Shown piece by piece: positions 40,564 to 48,743 of a stretch of DNA of 64,000 nucleotides. Every line of letters starts with the position of its first letter. The first letter of the stretch is position 1. The stretch spans positions 9,501 through 73,500 of the forward strand of contig DAOSEC010000009.1 in NCBI GenBank assembly GCA_035362935.1, in the 5' to 3' direction. The DNA is from Bacilli bacterium (GTDB lineage Bacteria; Bacillota_I; Bacilli_A; ML615J-28; CAG-313). Made by a program: the position numbers and the translations under genes. The notes below the pieces were generated by a model. It was not told the DNA's origin, did not search any database, and saw only the letters and a list, made by a program, of their open reading frames with translations.

Positions 40564-41580
40564 ATGTATATAGTAGGATATTTATATGAAAAATCATCAT
40601 GGAATCCGAAGGATGAACACTTTAGTGATTTAACGCATTTGTTTTATAGCTTTGCTAAAATCAAAGATGAATCAGGTAGTGTATATGAAGAGTTTACACA
40701 AGCACACCAACTAAAAGAACTTAAAGAAAACCATCCGAAGTTAAAAGTAGTGCTATCGATTGGAGGTTGGGGTGCTGGTTATTTTTCTGAGACCGCAGCC
40801 AATCCAAGTTCTTTGAGAACGTTTTGTGAATCGACAATTGCTTTAATCGAAACGTATCATTTTGATGGGATCGACCTTGATTGGGAATACCCTTGTACAA
40901 GCGTTGCTGGCATCAAAAGTTCTCGTGATGATAGAGTAAATTTTACGAATATGTTGTTTGAACTAAAGGCCGCACTCCATCAACTAAGTCTTAAGACAAA
41001 GAAAAAATACGTGTTAACCGCTGCATTTGGTGCTTTAATGGGAGATGGACACTCTGTAGAGCTTGATAAAGTCATGTCATTACTCGATTTTGTCAATGTG
41101 ATGACATACGATTTGACAACAAATGGAATCGCAAGTCACAACACGAATCTATATGCATCTCCTCGAACCAATCAAATAGGAAGTGCAGATTATATTCAAA
41201 CATTCATTGATCATGGCGTTGATCCATCTCAATTGTTATTAGGAATTGCCTTTTATGCAAGAAAGCAAGATCAAGTTGTATTTGAAAAAGATATTTTAGG
41301 AAGTAAAGTCTTAGGCAATAGTTTTGGGTCTGCAACATATACCAAAATAAAAGAAGAACTACTAAACAATCCCCTTTATTCCTATGGATATGATGAGGAA
41401 GCTCAAGCTCCGTATTTGTTTGGAGATCACGAATTCTATTCGTATGACGATGAACGTTCGATTAAAGAAAAAGTTAACTATGTTAAGAAAATGGGGCTAA
41501 AAGGCGTGTTCTTTTGGCAATACGCATCGGATCACACACACACACTCATAAAAGCAATCACGAAGGCTCGTCAAGAATAG
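40564..41580 (+). CDS. glycoside hydrolase family 18 (chitinase-like), no signal peptide
   Basis: catalytic DGIDLDWEYP (DxxDxDxE) motif. Confidence 0.8.
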   Translation: MYIVGYLYEKSSWNPKDEHFSDLTHLFYSFAKIKDESGSVYEEFTQAHQLKELKENHPKLKVVLSIGGWGAGYFSETAANPSSLRTFCESTIALIETYHFDGIDLDWEYPCTSVAGIKSSRDDRVNFTNMLFELKAALHQLSLKTKKKYVLTAAFGALMGDGHSVELDKVMSLLDFVNVMTYDLTTNGIASHNTNLYASPRTNQIGSADYIQTFIDHGVDPSQLLLGIAFYARKQDQVVFEKDILGSKVLGNSFGSATYTKIKEELLNNPLYSYGYDEEAQAPYLFGDHEFYSYDDERSIKEKVNYVKKMGLKGVFFWQYASDHTHTLIKAITKARQE

Positions 41581-41644
41581 TGTTTTCATTGACAGCACAA
41601 GTACTCTTTGATACAATAGTCATTGACTAAAAGGTAGGTAATCT

Positions 41645-42544
41645 ATGAAACATTATTTTGTGTTAAATCCGAATGCAGGATTTGAAGACTCTACAAAATA
41701 CTTAATCCCTCAAATAGAACAAGCATTTTTAAACCGCACAGACACCTATGAGATTTATTTAACAAAAGGCGTAGGAGATGCGAAAAACTATGTTCAGTCT
41801 GTTTGTAAACGACTGAGTGAACCAACAAGATTTTATGCTGGTGGTGGAGATGGGACCGTGAATGAAGTAGCAAGTGGTCTTGTTGGATGCAAGTACGCAG
41901 CGATGGGAATCATACCAGTTGGTTCATGTTGCGACTTTGTGAAATCATTAAAAGATCGTCAATTCAAAGACATTGAACGCCAAATCACTGGTGATTTGAT
42001 GGAAGTTGATATCATTAAAGTGAACGATCATTATTCGATTAATGTTGCGAATATCGGATTTGATTCAAATGTCGTAGAACGAGCAGCGCTCTATCGTCAT
42101 AAAATGCCTGTGAAAAAGGCGTATGACAAATCGATTTTATGGAACTTGCTTTTCCGTTATGACAATGAATTTACCCTTACGATTGAAGACGAAGTTGTAT
42201 ATTCAGGAAAATATTTACTCACAGCATTTGCGAATGGTACGGTTTATGGTGGAGGATATTATTGTGCCCCGACAGCAAAAACAACCGACGGTTTGATTGA
42301 TGTTGTAATGGTGCGTAAGATTCCAAGATACAAGTTCATTAAATTGATCAAAGTATACAAAGAAGGTAAACATTTAAGTGATCCACGTCTATCGAACATT
42401 GTTTCCTTTTATCAATGTAAAAAAGCAAAAGTTACCTCAAAGACACTGATGAATGTAAGTTTAGATGGTGAACTTTACAAATGGACAGAAGTCAATGTTC
42501 AAATCTTAGAAAAAGCAATTAAGGTTATTATACCAAGAAAATGA
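41645..42544 (+). CDS. DAGK_cat lipid kinase (YegS/DgkB family)
   Basis: NPNAG...GGDGTVNEV motif. Confidence 0.8.
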   Translation: MKHYFVLNPNAGFEDSTKYLIPQIEQAFLNRTDTYEIYLTKGVGDAKNYVQSVCKRLSEPTRFYAGGGDGTVNEVASGLVGCKYAAMGIIPVGSCCDFVKSLKDRQFKDIERQITGDLMEVDIIKVNDHYSINVANIGFDSNVVERAALYRHKMPVKKAYDKSILWNLLFRYDNEFTLTIEDEVVYSGKYLLTAFANGTVYGGGYYCAPTAKTTDGLIDVVMVRKIPRYKFIKLIKVYKEGKHLSDPRLSNIVSFYQCKKAKVTSKTLMNVSLDGELYKWTEVNVQILEKAIKVIIPRK

Positions 42545-42560
42545 GTAGGACAAACACGTA

Positions 42561-42584
42561 GAAAAAGTAGTTGCCTACTTTTTC
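42561..42584 (+). terminator. rho-independent terminator
   Basis: gaaaaagtag-ttgc-ctactttttc. Confidence 0.75.
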
Positions 42585-42651
42585 TTATGCTTAAAAAATC
42601 TTGAATATTCATAATATTTATGGTAAAATATGATAGGAAAAGGTGAACATT

Positions 42652-43359
42652 ATGGGAAGAAAATGGAACAACATTAAATACGGAAAAGCAGCAAAAGATG
42701 CAAGCCGTAGTAAAATTTATGCAAAATTTGGACTTGAAATTTATGTCGCAGCGAAAAGCGAACCAGATCCAGAAATCAATCGTTCACTCGCTATGGTCAT
42801 TGACAAAGCAAAAACATACAAAGTACCAAGAGACATCATCGACCGTGCCCTTGATAAAGCAAGAGGTGGTAAGGGTGAAAATTACGATCAAGTTCGATAC
42901 GAAGGCTATGGTCCAAACGGGTCTGCAATTATTGTTGATTGCTTAACCAATAACATCAATCGCACGGTATCAGAGGTAAGAGCAGCATTTAGTAAACATG
43001 GTGGTTCTTTGGGTGTAAATGGAAGTGTAACCTTTATGTTTGAACAAACAGGACTTGTTGGAGCAGCAAACGTTACCGAAGATCAAGTATTAGAAGCATT
43101 GATGAACAAAGAATGCGACGTCAATGACATTGAAGTCGAAGATGATAATGTGTTAGTTTACACAACAATTGAAAACTTCAATCTCGCTCAAGAAGCGTTT
43201 AAAACCTTAGGAATCGAAGAATTTACAACATGTGAAATTAGTATGTTACCAATAACACATATCAGTTTAAGTGGAGATGCATTAGACAAATTCGAGCGTC
43301 TTGTGGAAACATTAGATGAACTTGATGATGTGCAAAACGTTTACCACAATGTTGAATAG
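42652..43359 (+). CDS. yebC: YebC/PmpR family transcriptional regulator
   Basis: MGRKWNNIKYGKAAKDA N-terminus; start at ATG 42652 after aaaggtga. Confidence 0.9.
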   Translation: MGRKWNNIKYGKAAKDASRSKIYAKFGLEIYVAAKSEPDPEINRSLAMVIDKAKTYKVPRDIIDRALDKARGGKGENYDQVRYEGYGPNGSAIIVDCLTNNINRTVSEVRAAFSKHGGSLGVNGSVTFMFEQTGLVGAANVTEDQVLEALMNKECDVNDIEVEDDNVLVYTTIENFNLAQEAFKTLGIEEFTTCEISMLPITHISLSGDALDKFERLVETLDELDDVQNVYHNVE

Positions 43360-43388
43360 GGAAAACAATCATGTTTTCTCTTTTTTAA
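43360..43388 (+). terminator. rho-independent terminator
   Basis: gaaaaca-atca-tgttttc plus tctttttt. Confidence 0.6.
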
Positions 43389-43406
43389 AAGATGGAGGTG
43401 TGAAAC

Positions 43407-43952
43407 ATGTTGATACGGGAAATTAATGTATTGAGTGAAGAAGAACGAAATCAAGCAGCAAAGCTCATTTCAAGTGGATTCCCTCATGCTTACCCAACTC
43501 TAAAAGATGGTCATGAGGTCATTGATAGCATAACTTCCAATGGTGCACATTGTTTGGTTGCTTTGATTGATGATATGGTTGTAGGGGTTGTTGGAGCGAT
43601 ACCACAATATGGAACAACTGGATGGGAACTTCATCCGCTCATCGTTCATCCAAATCAACGCCACATGCACATTGGAACCAAACTAATGAATGCCATTGAA
43701 GAGATGGTTAGAAGTCTTGGTGGGGTAATGATTTATTTAGGGACGGATGATGAGTTTGAACAAACAAGTTTAAGTGGCTGTGATTTAATGACTGACTTGT
43801 ATCACCACATTCAAACGATTAAAAACATCAAAAGACATCCATTTGAATTTTATCAAAAGTGTGGATACATTATAGTTGGTGTCATGCCCGATGCCAACGG
43901 ACTAGGAAAACCTGACATTATGATGGCAAAACGGATTGTACCAGGGAAGTAA
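43407..43952 (+). CDS. GNAT acetyltransferase resembling AAC(6')-Ii-type aminoglycoside 6'-N-acetyltransferases
   Basis: GAIPQYGTTGWELHPLIV...IYLGTDD...HPFEFYQKCGYIIVGVMPDANG...KPDIMMAK closely parallels my recollection of E. faecium AAC(6')-Ii. Confidence 0.55.
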   Translation: MLIREINVLSEEERNQAAKLISSGFPHAYPTLKDGHEVIDSITSNGAHCLVALIDDMVVGVVGAIPQYGTTGWELHPLIVHPNQRHMHIGTKLMNAIEEMVRSLGGVMIYLGTDDEFEQTSLSGCDLMTDLYHHIQTIKNIKRHPFEFYQKCGYIIVGVMPDANGLGKPDIMMAKRIVPGK

Positions 43953-44050
43953 ATGCATGAAATCTACAACATTTAACCTTTTAGCAGTGACAAACAAGTA
44001 AAATCATAGTATAATGAATTATATATAACATCCATCAAGGAGGGTAAGAT

Positions 44051-44908
44051 ATGTTTTTTGAACTAGAAAATCAAAAATTAAACGAAGGCGCAAAACGCTA
44101 TTTTGAAAGTTTTGAACATTGGGCAAGAAAAGTCATCGATGAACTCGCAAAAGAACGATATGGAATACATTATATGAAGATTAAAGATAAAAAGGATAAA
44201 CCTTATTTTAAAATGCAAACAATTCAACACAACAAACGAGTTAATGTACTCTTTGAAAGTTTAAAAGATTTGCGTTATCCAGAATTAATTAAGGTTTTAT
44301 TTAAACAACCATTCTATAAGGAATTGTTCGCACCAATATTTGAATTTGGATACAAAGGATTCAAACCATCCTTAATCGAACTCATGTACAAGCGTTTGTT
44401 AGAACCATTCTATAAGCTAGAAAAAAATGAACAAGTGACCTTACGCGAATTAGAACAAATTGCGGGTTATACTGGGGATTTTATTGAAACGGTAAGATTA
44501 TATTATGTATCACGTAATGATTACTTGATGAACATTGCAGCTTCGATTATGAGCATCAGTGATTCACTCGGTGTAAAACTGAACAAAGATGATTTGGTCG
44601 CAGCCGATGATTATCATTTGTATGTAGTAGAAAATTATACCGATACCGCACTTTATCCAGGGGACCGATATACGATTACTCTTGACATCGAAGAACGAAT
44701 GAATGCAAGTGGGTATGATGTAAAGTGGTTTATCAAAGGAAAACAAGATCCAAAACAAACAGGAAAACACTTTGTGATTGATATCAAAGAATCACATTTG
44801 GATGATTTCCTTCTCATTGAATGTTTGGTTGTTGGAAAACAAAAGTATCACCGATATGGTGAATACGATGATCGTTTGATTATTTCAATCAATGTACTCC
44901 CTATTTAA
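44051..44908 (+). CDS. hypothetical protein (285 aa), monocistronic
   Basis: RBS aaggaggg, own TATAAT at ~44018; no recognisable domain. Confidence 0.6.
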   Translation: MFFELENQKLNEGAKRYFESFEHWARKVIDELAKERYGIHYMKIKDKKDKPYFKMQTIQHNKRVNVLFESLKDLRYPELIKVLFKQPFYKELFAPIFEFGYKGFKPSLIELMYKRLLEPFYKLEKNEQVTLRELEQIAGYTGDFIETVRLYYVSRNDYLMNIAASIMSISDSLGVKLNKDDLVAADDYHLYVVENYTDTALYPGDRYTITLDIEERMNASGYDVKWFIKGKQDPKQTGKHFVIDIKESHLDDFLLIECLVVGKQKYHRYGEYDDRLIISINVLPI

Positions 44909-44982
44909 ATAAAATAGCGAATACAAAGCAAACCTGAGCACAATTTGATACAATAATAAAAACAAGAAGAAAGGAGGTAACT

Positions 44983-46653
44983 ATGAGCAAACTAAAAATA
45001 TTCGCATTAGGCGGATTAGGAGAAAACGGTAAAAATATGTTTGTAGCAGAAGTAGATGGACGTATTTTTATTTTTGATGCAGGACTAAAATACCCCGCGG
45101 TTGATTTGTATGGAGTTGACGCTGTATTTCCGGATATCAGCTACTTAATTGAACATCAAGATCGCATTGAAGGGATCTTTATATCTCACGGACATGAAGA
45201 TCACATTGGATCTTTGCCATATTTACTTAGACACATTAACATCCGTGTATACGGAACCCATTTTACAATTAAGTTGATTGAAGATTTATTGATCGAGGAA
45301 GGAATGGCAATTGAAGAGTTCCGATTATATCGTATCAATGAAAATAAGACATTAAAATTTGGTGACTGCTTGGTATCTTTTTACAATACCACGCACTCCA
45401 TTCCAGAATCGGTTGGGATTGCACTACATACCGATCAAGGTATTGTATTATATGCCCCTGATTTTAATTTTGATCAAAACGCTGAGATTAAATATCGTAC
45501 TTCATTTGACAAATTAATTGAGTTTTCGAAAAAAGGGGTTCTAGCCTTACTAGCCGAAAGTATAGGTTCTGGAACAATGACAAGACCAATCAATGATTAT
45601 TTACTTACTCACGTGATTACGGATGTATTCAACCGAGGGAATAATCGTGTGATTGTAACGGCATTTAGCTCGGATTTGGACCGTATTCAAAAAATAATCA
45701 ATATCGCAGTGAACAACAATCGTAATGTTGCGATCATTGGACGCAAAGCACAACGCATTGTAGATATCGCAATGAATACCGAATACCTAAAAATACCAAA
45801 AGATCGATTGGTTAATTTAAAGTACATTGATGATAAAAATAAAAATGAATTTGAAAATTTAGTCGTTATTGTGACTGGTAATCGTCACGAACCATTTTAT
45901 GTCTTGCAACGAATGGTCAATAAGGTAGATCGTTTGATTGCCTTAAATGATACCGATCATGTCATCAGCATGACGCCACCAGTGCCTGGTACGGAAAAAA
46001 TAGCGTTACGAACAATTGACACCCTATATCGTAATAATATTAAAGTGACAAAAGTGGGTAAGGGAATTATGAGAAGTTCCCATGCGAACGCAGATGATCT
46101 TAAAATGATGTATAATATCTTAAAACCAAAATACATCATTCCAGTCATTGGAGAATATCGTCATCAAATCAAACAAGCCAATATTGCCAAAGAAGTTGGT
46201 TATCCAAATGATAAAGTAATCTTATTAGAAAATGGAGAAGCAATTGAGTTTGAAGCTGGAGCAGTAACATCCCGTAGTCAAATTCAAAACGGGGATATTT
46301 TGGTGGATGGTTCTATCATCGGTGACATCAATGAAGTGGTCATCAAAGATAGAGAAATGCTAGCAGAAGAAGGTATTTTTATTATTTCATGTAATATCAA
46401 TGCCAAATCAAAGAAAATATTGAACGCACCAGAGATTGTAACCAAAGGATTTGTCTATGGAGAATCCAAGGAAGAAATCGATTATTATGTCAAAAAGAAA
46501 TTTGATGCAACGCTTCACTTTTTCTTTGATAAAAAATATATCGAATGGAATGAACTAAACAATGTGCTTCGCGAGGAAATCGGAAGAGAGATTTTTCGAA
46601 TTTCGAAAAAGAAACCAATCGTCATTCCAGTCATTGTCGATGCTGCTGCCTAG
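44983..46653 (+). CDS. rnj: ribonuclease J
   Basis: MBL motif HGHEDHIG, beta-CASP, 556 aa. Confidence 0.9.
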   Translation: MSKLKIFALGGLGENGKNMFVAEVDGRIFIFDAGLKYPAVDLYGVDAVFPDISYLIEHQDRIEGIFISHGHEDHIGSLPYLLRHINIRVYGTHFTIKLIEDLLIEEGMAIEEFRLYRINENKTLKFGDCLVSFYNTTHSIPESVGIALHTDQGIVLYAPDFNFDQNAEIKYRTSFDKLIEFSKKGVLALLAESIGSGTMTRPINDYLLTHVITDVFNRGNNRVIVTAFSSDLDRIQKIINIAVNNNRNVAIIGRKAQRIVDIAMNTEYLKIPKDRLVNLKYIDDKNKNEFENLVVIVTGNRHEPFYVLQRMVNKVDRLIALNDTDHVISMTPPVPGTEKIALRTIDTLYRNNIKVTKVGKGIMRSSHANADDLKMMYNILKPKYIIPVIGEYRHQIKQANIAKEVGYPNDKVILLENGEAIEFEAGAVTSRSQIQNGDILVDGSIIGDINEVVIKDREMLAEEGIFIISCNINAKSKKILNAPEIVTKGFVYGESKEEIDYYVKKKFDATLHFFFDKKYIEWNELNNVLREEIGREIFRISKKKPIVIPVIVDAAA

Positions 46654-46670
46654 ATAGGTAAATATATTTC

Positions 46671-46699
46671 TTGCATTTTCAAGCAATTTATAGTATAAT
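46671..46699 (+). promoter_or_regulatory. sigma-A promoter TTGCAT-17-TATAAT for rpmG
   Basis: consensus hexamers and spacing. Confidence 0.6.
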
Positions 46700-46737
46700 T
46701 CATTAGTCAATTAGTAGTATGTTAGGAGGTCAGTAGT

Positions 46738-46893
46738 ATGCGAGTAAGTATTATGTTAAAATGCACTGTGTGTGGAGAAGAAAATTATTTAACTGAAAAG
46801 AGTAAACGTAACGATCCAGATCGTATGGAACAAAGTAAATATTGTCCACGATGCAAAAAAAGCACGCCTCATAAAGAAAAGGGTAAAAAATAA
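46738..46893 (+). CDS. rpmG: 50S ribosomal protein L33 (zinc-ribbon type)
   Basis: translates to [51 protein letters not shown]; RBS taggaggt; absent from the ORF track because it is 51 aa. Confidence 0.85.
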   Translation: MRVSIMLKCTVCGEENYLTEKSKRNDPDRMEQSKYCPRCKKSTPHKEKGKK

Positions 46894-46910
46894 TTCACTT
46901 TGATACATAT

Positions 46911-46945
46911 AAAACATGGTTCCTTTGGTAGGGAACCATGTTTTT
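46911..46945 (+). terminator. rho-independent terminator
   Basis: aaaacatggttccc-tttggta-gggaaccatgttttt. Confidence 0.85.
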
Positions 46946-47070
46946 ATTTCATTCGATATAGTTTGTCTTCTTATTTTGTTACAAACATTGATTATTTTTA
47001 AAAAAATGATGAATTTACCAATAAAATAAGATGTTTCATCGTTACTATAGTGTAAAAAGGGGGAAGTATT

Positions 47071-48132
47071 ATGAGAATTTTTACGAAATTATTATCGATG
47101 ATGGTGTTGCTTACATCAACATTTGTATTTGTAGGTTGTGGAACTGCGTTTACCATTGATGGAAACCCAACGTTTCAAACCACAGACGAAGTATATGCAT
47201 TTTCAGCTATATCAGCTGTATCGCTATTAAATCAACAATATACTACAAACAGTGGTATGACTCCGATGTCATTTATGGCAGACGAGGACGAACCAATCAT
47301 TACTACAGAACTTGATCAACTCAATCGTTATTTAAATATTATGGAAAAATTTGTTGGTAGTAGCCAATCACTTGCAGTGGAGTTGGTCACTTCTGATTTG
47401 CCAGAATATGAAACAAAAGTTAATTTTACAACAAAAAACATCTTAGGAGAAGATGTTGTATATGCAATTTACTATAATGAAGTGTTTCTAGATGATAGTA
47501 GTGAAGAAGATGATGAATATGAAACAGAATTATTCGGACTTATGACTTATAATGAAATTGACTATCAATTATCAGGAAAAAGAGAAATGGAAGATGATGA
47601 AGAATCCATTCGAATAACAGCATCAATAGATGAATTCAACTATGTCAATGTGAAATATGAATTAGAAGAAGAAGAGAGAAAATTTATTTTTGAAGAATTT
47701 ATCAATGGTGAATTGATGAATAGCACCAAAGTCAAGGTAGAAACCGAAGATGATGAAATTGAGGTTAAGCTTGAGTTTGTTGCTGGTGAAGCTAAGGGAA
47801 AATACAAATTTGAACAAGAAATCAAAGATGAAAAGACAATACTGAAAGTTTCATATGAGGTTGTCGATGAATTGAACAATGTAGAATCAGGTGAAATTGA
47901 AGTGTATGTTGTTATTGATGAAGTTACAGGTGAAACAGTGTATAAATATGAAATTCAAGTAGAAGACGATGACAGTATTTATGAATATGAACGTGATCGT
48001 GAAGAAGATGACGATGACGAAGATGATGATGAAGATGAAGATGATGAAGAAGATGAAGATGATGAAGATGAAGAAGAAGATGAAGATGAAGAAGAAGATG
48101 AAGATGAAGAAGAAGATTCATCTAATATCTAA
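47071..48132 (+). CDS. lipoprotein with novel domain and ~45-residue poly-Asp/Glu C-terminal tail
   Basis: lipobox FVFVGC; paralogous to the ectodomain of the downstream anti-sigma (EVYAFSAISA.. vs EIYAFSAASG.., LDQLNRYLNIMEKFVG vs IDQITQYLYVVESLVG); tail is DEDDDEDEDDEEDEDDEDEEEDEDEEEDEDEEED. Confidence 0.7.
   Translation: MRIFTKLLSMMVLLTSTFVFVGCGTAFTIDGNPTFQTTDEVYAFSAISAVSLLNQQYTTNSGMTPMSFMADEDEPIITTELDQLNRYLNIMEKFVGSSQSLAVELVTSDLPEYETKVNFTTKNILGEDVVYAIYYNEVFLDDSSEEDDEYETELFGLMTYNEIDYQLSGKREMEDDEESIRITASIDEFNYVNVKYELEEEERKFIFEEFINGELMNSTKVKVETEDDEIEVKLEFVAGEAKGKYKFEQEIKDEKTILKVSYEVVDELNNVESGEIEVYVVIDEVTGETVYKYEIQVEDDDSIYEYERDREEDDDDEDDDEDEDDEEDEDDEDEEEDEDEEEDEDEEEDSSNI
47990..48120 (+). 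repeat. GAR/GAY codon simple-sequence tract encoding a poly-acidic tail
   Basis: (gaagatga)n-like low-complexity coding repeat. Confidence 0.8.
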
Positions 48133-48180
48133 TCGGTGTTGTTAAATTTTCAGCTAATCGCTATTAGAAAATAATCGTGC

Positions 48181-48195
48181 TGTGATATAATGAGT
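48181..48195 (+). promoter_or_regulatory. extended -10 promoter TGTGATATAATGAGT (copy 2 of 2)
   Basis: identical to 36311-36325. Confidence 0.55.
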
Positions 48196-48209
48196 CTGAG
48201 GTAATGGCT

Positions 48210-48743
48210 ATGGAAAATCTTGATCAGTATATCCCAGCACTTTTATTAAAAAACGAGGAATCATTTGAAATCATCTACCATGAAACCAAATCATCCGTCT
48301 ATGCGATTATTCTTTCAATTATGAAAGATCACTCTCTTTCAGAAGATGTGATGCAAGAAACATACATCAAAATGATTGCCTCAATTAGACAATATAAGGA
48401 AGGAACAAATTTTCGAAATTGGCTGCTTACGATTGCACGAAACACAGCCCTTGATTATTATAGAGCTAGAAAAAAAGAGACTCTGATGGATGATATCGCA
48501 CTCGAATCGATTCCATCACCTGTATCACATAATGCAATTGATTCGATGATTGCTGAAGAGTTATTGAATTGTTTAAATCAAGATGAAAGAGAAGTTGTCT
48601 TGCTTCGGGTTGTCGATACACTTAAATTTAAAGACATTGCTGTTATCACAAAAAAACCAATTGGAACAGTGCTATGGTTGTACAACCAAGCAATTAGGAA
48701 AATGAGAAGATATGAAGGAGGTGTGGATTATGAAAAAAGCTAA
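48210..48743 (+). CDS. ECF (sigma-70 family) sigma factor, copy 2
   Basis: paralog of the 36348 gene (ETKSSVYAIILSIMKDHSLSEDVMQETYIKMI...NFRNWLLTIARN...GTVLWLYNQAIRKM). Confidence 0.8.
   Translation: MENLDQYIPALLLKNEESFEIIYHETKSSVYAIILSIMKDHSLSEDVMQETYIKMIASIRQYKEGTNFRNWLLTIARNTALDYYRARKKETLMDDIALESIPSPVSHNAIDSMIAEELLNCLNQDEREVVLLRVVDTLKFKDIAVITKKPIGTVLWLYNQAIRKMRRYEGGVDYEKS

Noticed and set aside
42698-42946. 82-aa alternative-frame ORF inside yebC
   Set aside because: Same strand but a different frame, inside a highly conserved YebC coding region; spurious.
47640-48121. Minus-strand ORFs 47640..47879 and 47924..48121 (Ser/Leu/His-rich translations)
   Set aside because: They are antisense read-throughs of the GAA/GAT codon repeat that encodes the acidic tail of the + strand lipoprotein. 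There is no RBS and the compositional periodicity matches the + strand frame.
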